Of a stretch of 41,011 nt of DNA, positions 27,329 to 36,062 are shown piece after piece. Numbering within the stretch: the stretch's first letter is position 1; every line of letters begins with the position of its first letter. The stretch is from a virus. Its lineage: Duplodnaviria; Caudoviricetes. A program made the position numbers and the translations under genes. The stretch spans positions 1 through 41,011 of the IMG/VR virus record IMGVR_UViG_3300003375_000055. One strand, 5' to 3'. The notes under the pieces are model-generated. The model was not told where the DNA came from and made no database searches. It worked only from the letters and a program-made list of their open reading frames with translations.

Positions 27329-30300
27329 ATGAAACAGTCAATAACAACGGCTTATGTATTTACGCCAGCAGCTCGGACGGTGGATTTATCCAGCATTTCT
27401 GGATTTTCTCTGAACAAACTTTACGCCATTATCAATGTCACTGCAAATCAAATAATCTATGCTACAGGCACTAGTTATGGTTTGAATAGTATCGTAGGTG
27501 CAGTATTAACTTTACAATACAACACTACGGCAATGAATAGTACAGATACGCTGACTATCCTCTACGATGTGGATAGTTCTCAAGTTTCCGTATCATCATC
27601 TACTCTTCCTACCAACGCGGCACAGGAATCTGGCGGACATTTAGCTAGTATCGACACCAAGCTCAATGATGATGGTAGTGGCAATTTAAAAGTAACTCTT
27701 TCTGGCGGTACTATTTCAGTAGGAACTGCTTCTGACGGCACAATTGGGTCTGCTATTCCTAGCCAAGCTAATCTTGGTGGAGCAAAAGATGCTTCTGGCA
27801 ACATGCAGCCACTGCGTGTTAATGCTTCTGGAGAATTATTGGTTGCAGCCGACATTACTGTGGATTCCATTACTGCTAATGAAAATTTATCCCAGGTAGC
27901 TGGAAATACAGTTAATACGGGTATTGGAGCTTCGGGTTCTGGTACGCAGCGTGTGGCCGTATCTTCTGACTCTAGTTTAAGTGTTAGCTCTTCTGCTCTT
28001 CCTTTGGGAGCTAGCACTAGTGCTCTCCAAACTACGGGGAACACAAGCCTCTCCACAATTGCTACTCAGACAAGTAATTTGCCTGCAGCATTGGGCCAAA
28101 CTACAATGTCAGCTTCGTTGCCCGTGGCTATTGCTTCTGATCAATCTTCAATACCCGTAACAGTAGCCGCTGTCCCAGACATAACTAGTACCGGTTCACT
28201 TGCTGCTCTAAATGCCGCAGTGACAATTAACACTAACGGCCTTACTACTGTTGGCATTGACATCTCAGGAACTTGGACTGGTGTTATTACTCCTGAAGGT
28301 CAGATTAATGGCGTTTGGTATCCGTTGCAGTTTGTTGATACTGGCGGAGGTTTGTTAGGCCTCACGTTCTCGGCCAATAACATGGCTCAGATCAATAGCG
28401 CTGGTTTGGTACAAGTACGTGCTAGAATGACTACCTTTAGCTCAGGTAGTGCGACTGTTAAACTTAACGGCTCAATAGCAGGCGGCTTAGTGTCGTTGTC
28501 AGAATCCCTACCGCAGGGTGGCAACACTATTGGTAACGTAAATGTGAATGGTACGGTGCCGGTATCAGCGGCTTCTTTACCTCTTCCTTCCGGTGCCGCC
28601 ACTTCAGCTAATCAAGCGACAGAAATTGCTAGTCTTTCTAGTATAGACACTAAGACTCCCGCTCTAGGTCAGGCATTAGCTGCGGCTTCTACTCCGGTAG
28701 TGTTGACTGCGGCTCAGATGACTACGCTAACGCCACTTTCAAGCGTTACAGTCACTCAAGCCACGGGTACGAATCTCCATACAGTAGTTGATTCAAGTGC
28801 CCTACCCACTGGAGCCGCAACTAGTGCCAATCAAACAAACGCTAGCCAGAAGACTCAAGTAGTCGATGGATCTGGTAATGTGATAACTTCTACAACACGA
28901 GCTGGCAAACAAGGGCTTGATGTAACTCTAGGTTCTTCCGCAGTTCCGGGTTCAGCCGCGCCAAATTGGACAGATATTTTTGGTGGTGTGGATGGTTCCG
29001 GTAATGCACAACAATTACAAGTAGATGCTTCTAAAAATTTAAAAGTAAGTATACAAAACGCATCTGTGGCAGTTACGGCAACTCAATTGCCAGCGGCACT
29101 TGGCTCGCAAGCTTCTTCTACGGCAATGGCAACCGTTTTACCAAATGATCAAACAGGTATCCCAGTAACCACTTCTCCTAGCATTGTAGTAGCTACTCCT
29201 ACTACAAATAGTATGGCAGCACTAAGTGCGACAGTGGTGTATCAAGTCCAAGCTTCTGGTTCTTACTATTTTACACTGACTAATTCTGCGGCAGCTACTA
29301 CAGCGTGGGTTGGTACCGTTACTTTCCAATATTCTACTAATGGAGGTAGTACTTATAATTCATTAGCTGTAAGTCCTATAGCATCTCCCGCCAACTCCGC
29401 TAACACTTCCACAGCTACGGCTAACGGATTGTTCTTAGCAGAAATCCCGGCAGGTGTGGGATCGCAAATTGTTTACATCAGAGCTAATATGACCGCGTAT
29501 ACTTCTGGTACAGCGCAGTTCTTTGTCTCTCCCCAGCAGCAAAATCAAAAGATCATCATGCCGTGGGCTTATTCTGTTACTTCGGGTCAAACTATCCTAG
29601 GTCCAGTTGAGGCTTCTGGTATATCAGAACTTGCAGTTCAAATATCTGCTGTAACAACTACCGTGTTGACAATGCAGGGAACAAATGATCCTAGTTTAAC
29701 TACATGGGCAACTATTCCAGTTATTCAAACAGGTGCGTTAGCGGCCTCTGTTGCTACGTTATCTGCAGCAGCTACTTATCGCGGTATGCCTAACGGCTAC
29801 AAGTGGATTCGTTTACAAGTAACCACTACTGGAACAGTACTTACTATCCAGGGTATTGTGGCTACGCTCGGACAACAATTAGTTATTACCTCTATCGGTA
29901 ATGACATTGGCGTAACAGTCAATGCCGGTACTTTACCGACAGTAACAACAGTAGGTACTGTATCTAATATTACCACGGGTACAATTGCAACTGTAACGAA
30001 CAGTCAATCTGCCAAACCGGTAAGTATCACTGACGTAGCTTCTGCTGCAATCACTACTACGACTACTACTGCAACCCTAACGCCGACTTATGGTAATGCT
30101 TATCAAGTAAACATACCTGTTACTGCTGCTACGGGCACAACTCCAACTATGGATGTGCAAATTCAAGAGTCGCGAGATGGTGGTACCAACTGGGTGCCGG
30201 TGTACGACTTCCCTAGGATTACCGCTACGGGCTCATACAATAGCCCCATGCTTCCGTTTACGGGCACTTCAGTACGCTACGTACAAACTATCTCAGGAAC

Positions 30301-30679
30301 AACTCCGTCATTTACTAGGGCCATTAACAGGCTTCAGAGCAGCGCCGTTCCTAAATTTTTACGGCAGATGATTGATCGTACAATCACTCTCACAACATTA
30401 TCTAGCACTACGGCGGTATTGGCGCTAGAACAACAAACATCAAATGTGCAATTAGTGATAAATATAGGAGCAGTGACTACAACTGCGCCGGCAATACAGT
30501 TGCAGATGTCGGATGACGCTGGTGTTTCTTGGTATAGCATAGGCTCTCCATTGACAGGTGTCGCTAGCTCTACAGTTTCAGTTACTATTACAAATATGGC
30601 AGGTCAACAAATTCGAGGTATTGTAACTACGGCTGGTGTCGGCGTTACTGCTGGATATGTTCTAATAAGGGGATTTTAA
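27329..30679 (+). CDS. Large Ser/Thr/Ala-rich fibre or decoration protein (1116 aa)
   Basis: Repeated S-x-LP-x-GA-x-TSA-x-Q and PA-LG-Q units; several beta-sandwich-like modules. Confidence 0.8.
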   Translation: MKQSITTAYVFTPAARTVDLSSISGFSLNKLYAIINVTANQIIYATGTSYGLNSIVGAVLTLQYNTTAMNSTDTLTILYDVDSSQVSVSSSTLPTNAAQESGGHLASIDTKLNDDGSGNLKVTLSGGTISVGTASDGTIGSAIPSQANLGGAKDASGNMQPLRVNASGELLVAADITVDSITANENLSQVAGNTVNTGIGASGSGTQRVAVSSDSSLSVSSSALPLGASTSALQTTGNTSLSTIATQTSNLPAALGQTTMSASLPVAIASDQSSIPVTVAAVPDITSTGSLAALNAAVTINTNGLTTVGIDISGTWTGVITPEGQINGVWYPLQFVDTGGGLLGLTFSANNMAQINSAGLVQVRARMTTFSSGSATVKLNGSIAGGLVSLSESLPQGGNTIGNVNVNGTVPVSAASLPLPSGAATSANQATEIASLSSIDTKTPALGQALAAASTPVVLTAAQMTTLTPLSSVTVTQATGTNLHTVVDSSALPTGAATSANQTNASQKTQVVDGSGNVITSTTRAGKQGLDVTLGSSAVPGSAAPNWTDIFGGVDGSGNAQQLQVDASKNLKVSIQNASVAVTATQLPAALGSQASSTAMATVLPNDQTGIPVTTSPSIVVATPTTNSMAALSATVVYQVQASGSYYFTLTNSAAATTAWVGTVTFQYSTNGGSTYNSLAVSPIASPANSANTSTATANGLFLAEIPAGVGSQIVYIRANMTAYTSGTAQFFVSPQQQNQKIIMPWAYSVTSGQTILGPVEASGISELAVQISAVTTTVLTMQGTNDPSLTTWATIPVIQTGALAASVATLSAAATYRGMPNGYKWIRLQVTTTGTVLTIQGIVATLGQQLVITSIGNDIGVTVNAGTLPTVTTVGTVSNITTGTIATVTNSQSAKPVSITDVASAAITTTTTTATLTPTYGNAYQVNIPVTAATGTTPTMDVQIQESRDGGTNWVPVYDFPRITATGSYNSPMLPFTGTSVRYVQTISGTTPSFTRAINRLQSSAVPKFLRQMIDRTITLTTLSSTTAVLALEQQTSNVQLVINIGAVTTTAPAIQLQMSDDAGVSWYSIGSPLTGVASSTVSVTITNMAGQQIRGIVTTAGVGVTAGYVLIRGF

Positions 30680-30849
30680 TGTTTAAACTATACATACTAG
30701 TAAATCAAGTAGGGGCCTTAGACGGGGAAAAAACTCTACAAGGCTCCTATGCATCGCTAGCGGCGGCGCAAGCTGCGGCGGGCGTTACGCATTATAGCGT
30801 CGAGCAAGTACAGCTCGATGGTAGTGTTAGTGTTGTGTATGTTGTATAA
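30679..30849 (+). CDS. Small protein (56 aa), possible fibre assembly factor
   Basis: TAATG overlap with the fibre gene; not in ORF track. Confidence 0.6.
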   Translation: MFKLYILVNQVGALDGEKTLQGSYASLAAAQAAAGVTHYSVEQVQLDGSVSVVYVV

Positions 30850-30857
30850 TGCTCGAA

Positions 30858-30867
30858 ATAACATATA
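30858..30867 (+). promoter_or_regulatory. Putative late promoter motif ATAACATATA
   Basis: Upstream of SD GAGGTG and the 30884 start. Confidence 0.65.
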
Positions 30868-30883
30868 TTTATAGAGGTGAACT

Positions 30884-31465
30884 GTGTCCGATCCAAGAGT
30901 ACAGCGACAAAAAAATAGTTGGGCCGACATGCAAAAGGCCGCTAATATGGAATTACCGGACATAGCTACGTTATCTAGTAAGCCATCAGCACCATCAAGC
31001 TACACACACTCAGCTGCGATGGATAAGGCGGAAAGAGGCGCATACGCCAGTGAGCTACTAAATAGCCAAGAAGCCAAGAATGCTCGTAAACGTCATGCAG
31101 ATATTCTAGATCAAATGGACTTTGCGGACGAAGATCATAAGACGGCATTGCAACGCCAGCTCGATACTGTAGAACAAAATGCACCTAGAGGCACATTTCC
31201 TATTCCAGGTATGCAAGCGCCTCCAGTAAGAAAACCTGCTCCAGCACCACAGCCCGACAACGGTCCAGGATTTCAAAATCAGGGCGGTCTCAGTTTAGCA
31301 GAGATGCAGAATATAGACAAGGCGTCTAAATCTATAGGTGCTCACAGCGGTTTTCCAGACATTCCCCACGCTCAGGGAGAAGATTCTTATTCGCAACCCA
31401 GTCCAGACGATGATGATGACAAGTTCCAAAAAACAAAATCTCTAGTCGGTGCGGGCGGTCAGTAA
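30884..31465 (+). CDS. Low-complexity acidic protein, candidate internal virion protein
   Basis: Pro/Gln/Asp-rich; C-terminal DKFQKTKSLV. Confidence 0.75.
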   Translation: MSDPRVQRQKNSWADMQKAANMELPDIATLSSKPSAPSSYTHSAAMDKAERGAYASELLNSQEAKNARKRHADILDQMDFADEDHKTALQRQLDTVEQNAPRGTFPIPGMQAPPVRKPAPAPQPDNGPGFQNQGGLSLAEMQNIDKASKSIGAHSGFPDIPHAQGEDSYSQPSPDDDDDKFQKTKSLVGAGGQ

Positions 31466-31617
31466 TGGCTAAGATTATATTTAGGCATCCGAATGATCCG
31501 CCTAAAAAAGTTCATGCCAAGAAAATGTTACGTGCAAAAAAGAATGAAAAAATACTATTGGTCGCTTGTTTTTTAATAATTATCGCAGAGGCAATGTGGA
31601 TTTACAAGCTGAATTAG
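31465..31617 (+). CDS. Small basic protein with C-terminal TM (50 aa)
   Basis: TAATG overlap; not in ORF track. Confidence 0.5.
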   Translation: MAKIIFRHPNDPPKKVHAKKMLRAKKNEKILLVACFLIIIAEAMWIYKLN

Positions 31618-31796
31618 AACGATTAGCCTTAGAAAAAAAGGCTGGAGAAGCTAGCGACGCGGAACATGAAGCCGCGGACGTACATAATTATATGATGAAG
31701 GACGCTAAGGAACACGCAATGGATATGATGAATTCCGATAGCCAAGGTTCCGTGGATCGTTTCAAACGTATTATGAAAGTTATGCCGGGTAAGTAA
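31596..31796 (+). CDS. Small acidic protein, candidate internal virion protein
   Basis: GTG start after AGAGG; C-terminal DRFKRIMKVM. Confidence 0.7.
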   Translation: MDLQAELERLALEKKAGEASDAEHEAADVHNYMMKDAKEHAMDMMNSDSQGSVDRFKRIMKVMPGK

Positions 31797-32593
31797 TGTC
31801 TGACGCATTCCGTAACTATCAGAAAATTAGAGATCGCGAACTCAAAGGTTTTGAGGGCAATGAGTCTAATTTTGGCCAAAATACCAATCATGCAGTAGCG
31901 ACTCGCGGTCCGAATGCGGGTCAACGTGCGGTAGGACGTTATGCGTTCATGCCTGGCACATTGGCGGAGATTGAGAAGAAAACGAACGACCCTAGACTAG
32001 AAGATCTCAAAGGCATGTCTAAGGACGAGTTGGCCTTGGCCCTTAAAAAAGATCCGGCAATAGAACGCGCATTTGCTGAAAACTATTATGACGAAGTGTA
32101 TGCTAAACACCCCAACGATCCAGATGCACGGGCCGCTAGTTGGTTGATGGGACCTAATAGGTCTGATGCAGCTACACACGCACTAATAGAGCGTCTTCCT
32201 AGATTACAAAAATATGTGGATGATTTTCATAAGCACGAAGATACGGACCGAATGCCAGCAGCTGTTCCTGGAGCGTTGCGTTTTCGCAAGATAGATGACA
32301 TTGTAAATCCAAAAGAGACAGCACCTAAAACACCTAAACTAGGACAATCTGATCGAACTCTGGAGCAGGAGTTTGATTCCAAGTCACCACAAGATACGGA
32401 TTTAGATCTTGCCACAGATGTGCCGCAGGATAATGTTCAGGATGAACTGGCTAGTTACGAAAATGAAGTGTATGCTAATAGAGATCAGGATCTAGGGCTC
32501 GAAGCTGAGCCTAGACAAGGGGCATTATTGCCTACCGATTTTGGTTCATTTGCTGACGAAGATGAAGAGGAAGACGAGGATAAGCGTGTCTAA
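31796..32593 (+). CDS. Lysozyme-like/lytic transglycosylase-domain virion protein with acidic tail
   Basis: ES...AVGRYAFMPGT and AASWLMGP resemble SLT/lysozyme-like motifs. Confidence 0.7.
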   Translation: MSDAFRNYQKIRDRELKGFEGNESNFGQNTNHAVATRGPNAGQRAVGRYAFMPGTLAEIEKKTNDPRLEDLKGMSKDELALALKKDPAIERAFAENYYDEVYAKHPNDPDARAASWLMGPNRSDAATHALIERLPRLQKYVDDFHKHEDTDRMPAAVPGALRFRKIDDIVNPKETAPKTPKLGQSDRTLEQEFDSKSPQDTDLDLATDVPQDNVQDELASYENEVYANRDQDLGLEAEPRQGALLPTDFGSFADEDEEEDEDKRV

Positions 32594-32762
32594 GCCCCCC
32601 AGTGTACCAAAAGCTAATTTTAACAATAAAAAAGATAACTATTTCAATAAAATCAATGAGCTTATTGACGGCGGAAAGTACACGACTTCGATGGATAAAC
32701 ACATTGATCGCGCACACGCTGCCGCTGCAAAAGAGAAGAAGGTAAAAGATGAGCGACTTTAG
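32586..32762 (+). CDS. Small protein, candidate internal virion protein
   Basis: GTG start after GAGGA; NYFNKINELI. Confidence 0.6.
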   Translation: MSKPPSVPKANFNNKKDNYFNKINELIDGGKYTTSMDKHIDRAHAAAAKEKKVKDERL

Positions 32763-33078
32763 TAGTTTGTTTGGAGCTGCGCTTGGCTCAAAAAACGACG
32801 ATAGCGATGCGGATGACGCTAAGAAGACAGCTGCGACCAACGCTGCTAGAACAGATTTAAATCGCTATATTACACAAGACGACCCAAACGCTGGACTAGC
32901 TGATGCGATGTCGGCTACTCGCGCAATGAATGCTACCACGCAACAACAGCAGCCATTTCCTAAAATCAATGACATGACTGGCATTGCTCCTGTCACTGCC
33001 GCGGATGAAGATGGAGATGATGTTACTAGTGGTATTGCGTCCAATCAACAATCTAGAAATAGTAGAATGATTAGATAA
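32749..33078 (+). CDS. Low-complexity acidic protein, candidate internal virion protein
   Basis: Asp/Ala/Gln-rich; PFPKINDM. Confidence 0.7.
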   Translation: MSDFSSLFGAALGSKNDDSDADDAKKTAATNAARTDLNRYITQDDPNAGLADAMSATRAMNATTQQQQPFPKINDMTGIAPVTAADEDGDDVTSGIASNQQSRNSRMIR

Positions 33079-33084
33079 CATATT
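33075..33084 (+). promoter_or_regulatory. Putative late promoter motif ATAACATATT
   Basis: Upstream of SD GAGGG and the 33099 start. Confidence 0.6.
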
Positions 33085-33098
33085 ATAATGAGGGACTT

Positions 33099-33455
33099 AT
33101 GAGTAAACCAAGAAAACCAAGTAAAGACGGCGACAATTCGATGGTAGATTATCTGCGCAAGCATGGCGGAGACCTATATCCAACCGATAAATCAATCCCC
33201 AATATAGACCGTCAATTAGACGAAGTAGAACGTAATAATGATCAAGCTCGACACTCCATCTCACCTACTCAGGACCCTCTCGATCAACTTGCGGAGATCA
33301 GGCACGTTAATAGCATACAGGAAGGTGTTGACAGTGCTCGCCAAGACCTAACACCGGAGATTCGTGACAAAATGCAAGATAGTCAAAAGGACGACACCGA
33401 AACATCGGACGATGGCACTTTTCAAAAAATATATAAATACCTATGGAAATCCTAG
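33099..33455 (+). CDS. Acidic protein, candidate internal virion protein
   Basis: Asp-rich; C-terminal GTFQKIYKYL. Confidence 0.7.
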   Translation: MSKPRKPSKDGDNSMVDYLRKHGGDLYPTDKSIPNIDRQLDEVERNNDQARHSISPTQDPLDQLAEIRHVNSIQEGVDSARQDLTPEIRDKMQDSQKDDTETSDDGTFQKIYKYLWKS

Positions 33456-33528
33456 AACACTTTTACGTCTGCCACTGTCCGCATAGCATGGTGCTATCCC
33501 GTCAGCCAGACCACACAAGGAGAAACAC

Positions 33529-34467
33529 ATGTCCCAACCAGTATCGGCACCAGCCGTACCTTCAGTAGCGCCCGCTACACCAGCTGCCCCGGCTCAATCC
33601 GCGGCACCAGGCCAACCCGCCACGCCAGAGCAGGCTCAGATAGTAGAAGCCGCTAAAAAAGAAGTGGCAAAACAAGAGTCCATGCGTAAGAAGTATGACC
33701 TTAAAGTAAACGGTAAAAGTCACGCACTTGAGCTTGATCTTTCTGATGATAAGGCTGTCACTAGCTATTTACAAAAAGCAATGGCTAGCGATGAGAAATT
33801 TCAGGAAGCCGCAACACTTCGTAAGGACGTACAACAACTAGTACGTACATTGAAAGAAAATCCACTCGCTATTCTTACTCACCCGAATGTTGGTGTTGAC
33901 GTTAAGAAGCTTGCTGAGATGGTTATTAACCAAGAACTAGAGGACATGCAGAAGTCCCCTGAACAAAAGAAATATGAGGCAATGGAACGTGAGCTTCAGA
34001 ATGAACGTCAATTGCGCCAACAACAAGAAGAAGCTGCTCGCCAAGCTGAAATTGGTCGCCGCCAAGAAGAACAATTCCGGCAAATTGACGACGACATCTC
34101 CGATGCATTATCAGCTACTGACTTGCCGAAGAGCCCGTACGTTGTCAAGCGTATTAGCGACACTATGATCGCTGCTATGGACATGGGGTATCGCGATGTT
34201 ACTATTAAGGACATCATGCCTATCGTCGAAAAGCAACTTATGGAAGAAATGGGCAAGTGGTTTGATAGTTCTAGCGAAGATGCTTTAGAGAAGCTCATCG
34301 GTAAGAACAACTGGGACCGTGTTCGTAAGAAGCGTGTTGCAGCTCAACGCACAGCTCCTAAAACAGCCCAGAGCGTAAAGCAAACGGCCGAAGGTGCTAA
34401 ACCAGCCCCCAAAGAAGAAAAAGGCGCTAAGAAGGAACGTTTTGAGGACTTGTTCGGTAAATTTTAA
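33529..34467 (+). CDS. Capsid scaffolding protein
   Basis: Pro/Ala-rich N-terminus, LKVNGK motif, coiled coils, directly upstream of MCP. Confidence 0.8.
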   Translation: MSQPVSAPAVPSVAPATPAAPAQSAAPGQPATPEQAQIVEAAKKEVAKQESMRKKYDLKVNGKSHALELDLSDDKAVTSYLQKAMASDEKFQEAATLRKDVQQLVRTLKENPLAILTHPNVGVDVKKLAEMVINQELEDMQKSPEQKKYEAMERELQNERQLRQQQEEAARQAEIGRRQEEQFRQIDDDISDALSATDLPKSPYVVKRISDTMIAAMDMGYRDVTIKDIMPIVEKQLMEEMGKWFDSSSEDALEKLIGKNNWDRVRKKRVAAQRTAPKTAQSVKQTAEGAKPAPKEEKGAKKERFEDLFGKF

Positions 34468-34492
34468 GTATTTTTATCGTGTCAAGTGAAAA

Positions 34493-34502
34493 ATAACATA
34501 TA
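34493..34502 (+). promoter_or_regulatory. Putative late promoter motif ATAACATATA (MCP)
   Basis: Precedes the structured MCP leader. Confidence 0.65.
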
Positions 34503-34509
34503 ATAATGA

Positions 34510-34661
34510 AGGGTTGTCTCACGGCAATCCTGTTGTTTAGTGTCTGAATAGTAGGCTTGACGGTATCCGAAAGGGCTGTCGATACCAAATAGGAAGAAGC
34601 TAACGCGAACGGGTTACAAAAACAATAAACGAGTATGATAGGCAATGGTGCTTATTGACTC
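34510..34661 (+). promoter_or_regulatory. Structured 5' leader of the major capsid gene
   Basis: Three G-U-containing hairpins, one with a GAAA tetraloop. Confidence 0.55.
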
Positions 34662-34688
34662 AAACACTTACTATAGGAGACATTTAAT

Positions 34689-35933
34689 ATGTCATACGCT
34701 ACACAAGCTAATAATATGGCGACTCTGAACGGTTTGTTCAAAGAGCGCTATGCAGATAAAATCGAACGTCTGATTCCAGACGGAGCGAAATTGATGAAGG
34801 AAATCCCTTTCATTAATCGCGATAAGCAACCAGGTAACTTCTATCACCAACCAGTTGTGTTGGGACTAGAGCATGGTGTTACTTTTGCCGCTGATGCTGA
34901 CGGTGCTTTTGCACTTAATAACGCAGTGCCAGGACAAATCAAAGACGCAACTGTACGTGGCTATCAGCTCGTATTGCGATCTATCTTGTCTTACTCTGCA
35001 GCAGCTCGCGCAATGGGTCCAGGCGAACGTGCGTTTGAAGACGCTACTAAGTTCCTCGTTGGAAACATGCTTGCTTCAGTTACTAAGAAACTTGAAATCG
35101 AACTTTTGTACGGTCAACTTGAATACGGTATTGTTGCTTCTATCTTGGGCAACGTAGTGTCAATTGCTGACACTGACTGGGCTCCAGGTATCTGGGCAGG
35201 TGCTGAGCAAATGCCTGTAGACATCTACAACGCAGCTGGTACTACTCTTCGTGGTAGCACTTCAGTAACTGCAGTATCGCTTGAGAACAAAAGCATCACT
35301 CTTTTGTCTGCTCCTGCTGGTACAGTTGCTACTGACCGTATCTTGCACGCTGGTGCAATGGCTAAAGAATTTGCTGGTGTTCACGCTATCCTAGCTAACA
35401 ACACAGCACTTTTCGGTATTGACGCTTCTGTCTACAATTTGTGGAAAGGTAGCTTGTTTGATGCTTCTGTTGCTTCAGTTGCTCAGTTGATGTCATTCGC
35501 TATCGTTGAGAACGCTATCGAAAAAGGTATCGAAAAAGGTTTGGACCGTGACGTTACCGTTATGGTGAATCCTGCTCATTGGAACGCTCTTTTGACTGAA
35601 CAAGCTGCTAAGCGTTTGTACGATTCTTCGTACAGCGATGCTGAGCTTGAGAACGGTGCTAAAGTGTTGAAGTTCCATGGTCAAAATGGAATCATCAACC
35701 TCGTTCCTTCTATCTACGTAAAAGGCGGATACGCTTATGTTATGTGTATGGAAGACTGGGTACGTGTTGGATCTACAGACGTTACCTTCAAGCGTCCTGG
35801 TCAAGCGGGCGATAACTTCTTCCGTGACCTTGAGAACGCAGCAGGTTACGAATTACGATGCTATACTGACCAGGCGCTTTTCTGTGCAAAACCAGGTCGT
35901 TCAGTACTCATCAAAGGTCTTAAAACAGTGTAA
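34689..35933 (+). CDS. Major capsid protein (HK97 fold)
   Basis: 414 aa after scaffold, strong SD, highly-expressed-like codon usage, followed by a terminator. Confidence 0.88.
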   Translation: MSYATQANNMATLNGLFKERYADKIERLIPDGAKLMKEIPFINRDKQPGNFYHQPVVLGLEHGVTFAADADGAFALNNAVPGQIKDATVRGYQLVLRSILSYSAAARAMGPGERAFEDATKFLVGNMLASVTKKLEIELLYGQLEYGIVASILGNVVSIADTDWAPGIWAGAEQMPVDIYNAAGTTLRGSTSVTAVSLENKSITLLSAPAGTVATDRILHAGAMAKEFAGVHAILANNTALFGIDASVYNLWKGSLFDASVASVAQLMSFAIVENAIEKGIEKGLDRDVTVMVNPAHWNALLTEQAAKRLYDSSYSDAELENGAKVLKFHGQNGIINLVPSIYVKGGYAYVMCMEDWVRVGSTDVTFKRPGQAGDNFFRDLENAAGYELRCYTDQALFCAKPGRSVLIKGLKTV

Positions 35934-35972
35934 TTATTTACGTTTTTAGGACATTAAAACTTTACGTTTTTC

Positions 35973-36003
35973 AAAGCCCCGGCCAATGTGCTGGGGCTTT
36001 TTT
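35973..36003 (+). terminator. Rho-independent terminator
   Basis: AAAGCCCCGGC-caatgt-GCTGGGGCTTT followed by T run. Confidence 0.9.
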
Positions 36004-36027
36004 ATTCTCCAACTCCCTATTTTTAGC

Positions 36028-36056
36028 TTGACTTTTTCCAAGACTTAGAATATACT
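36028..36056 (+). promoter_or_regulatory. Sigma70-type promoter giving a leaderless transcript
   Basis: TTGACT-17 nt-TATACT, 6 nt before ATG 36063. Confidence 0.75.
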
Positions 36057-36062
36057 GTATAT

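Noticed and set aside
34555-34620. c-di-GMP-I (GEMM) riboswitch in the MCP leader
   Set aside because: A GAAA tetraloop is present, but the GGCAAA/GACGCAAA consensus elements are absent
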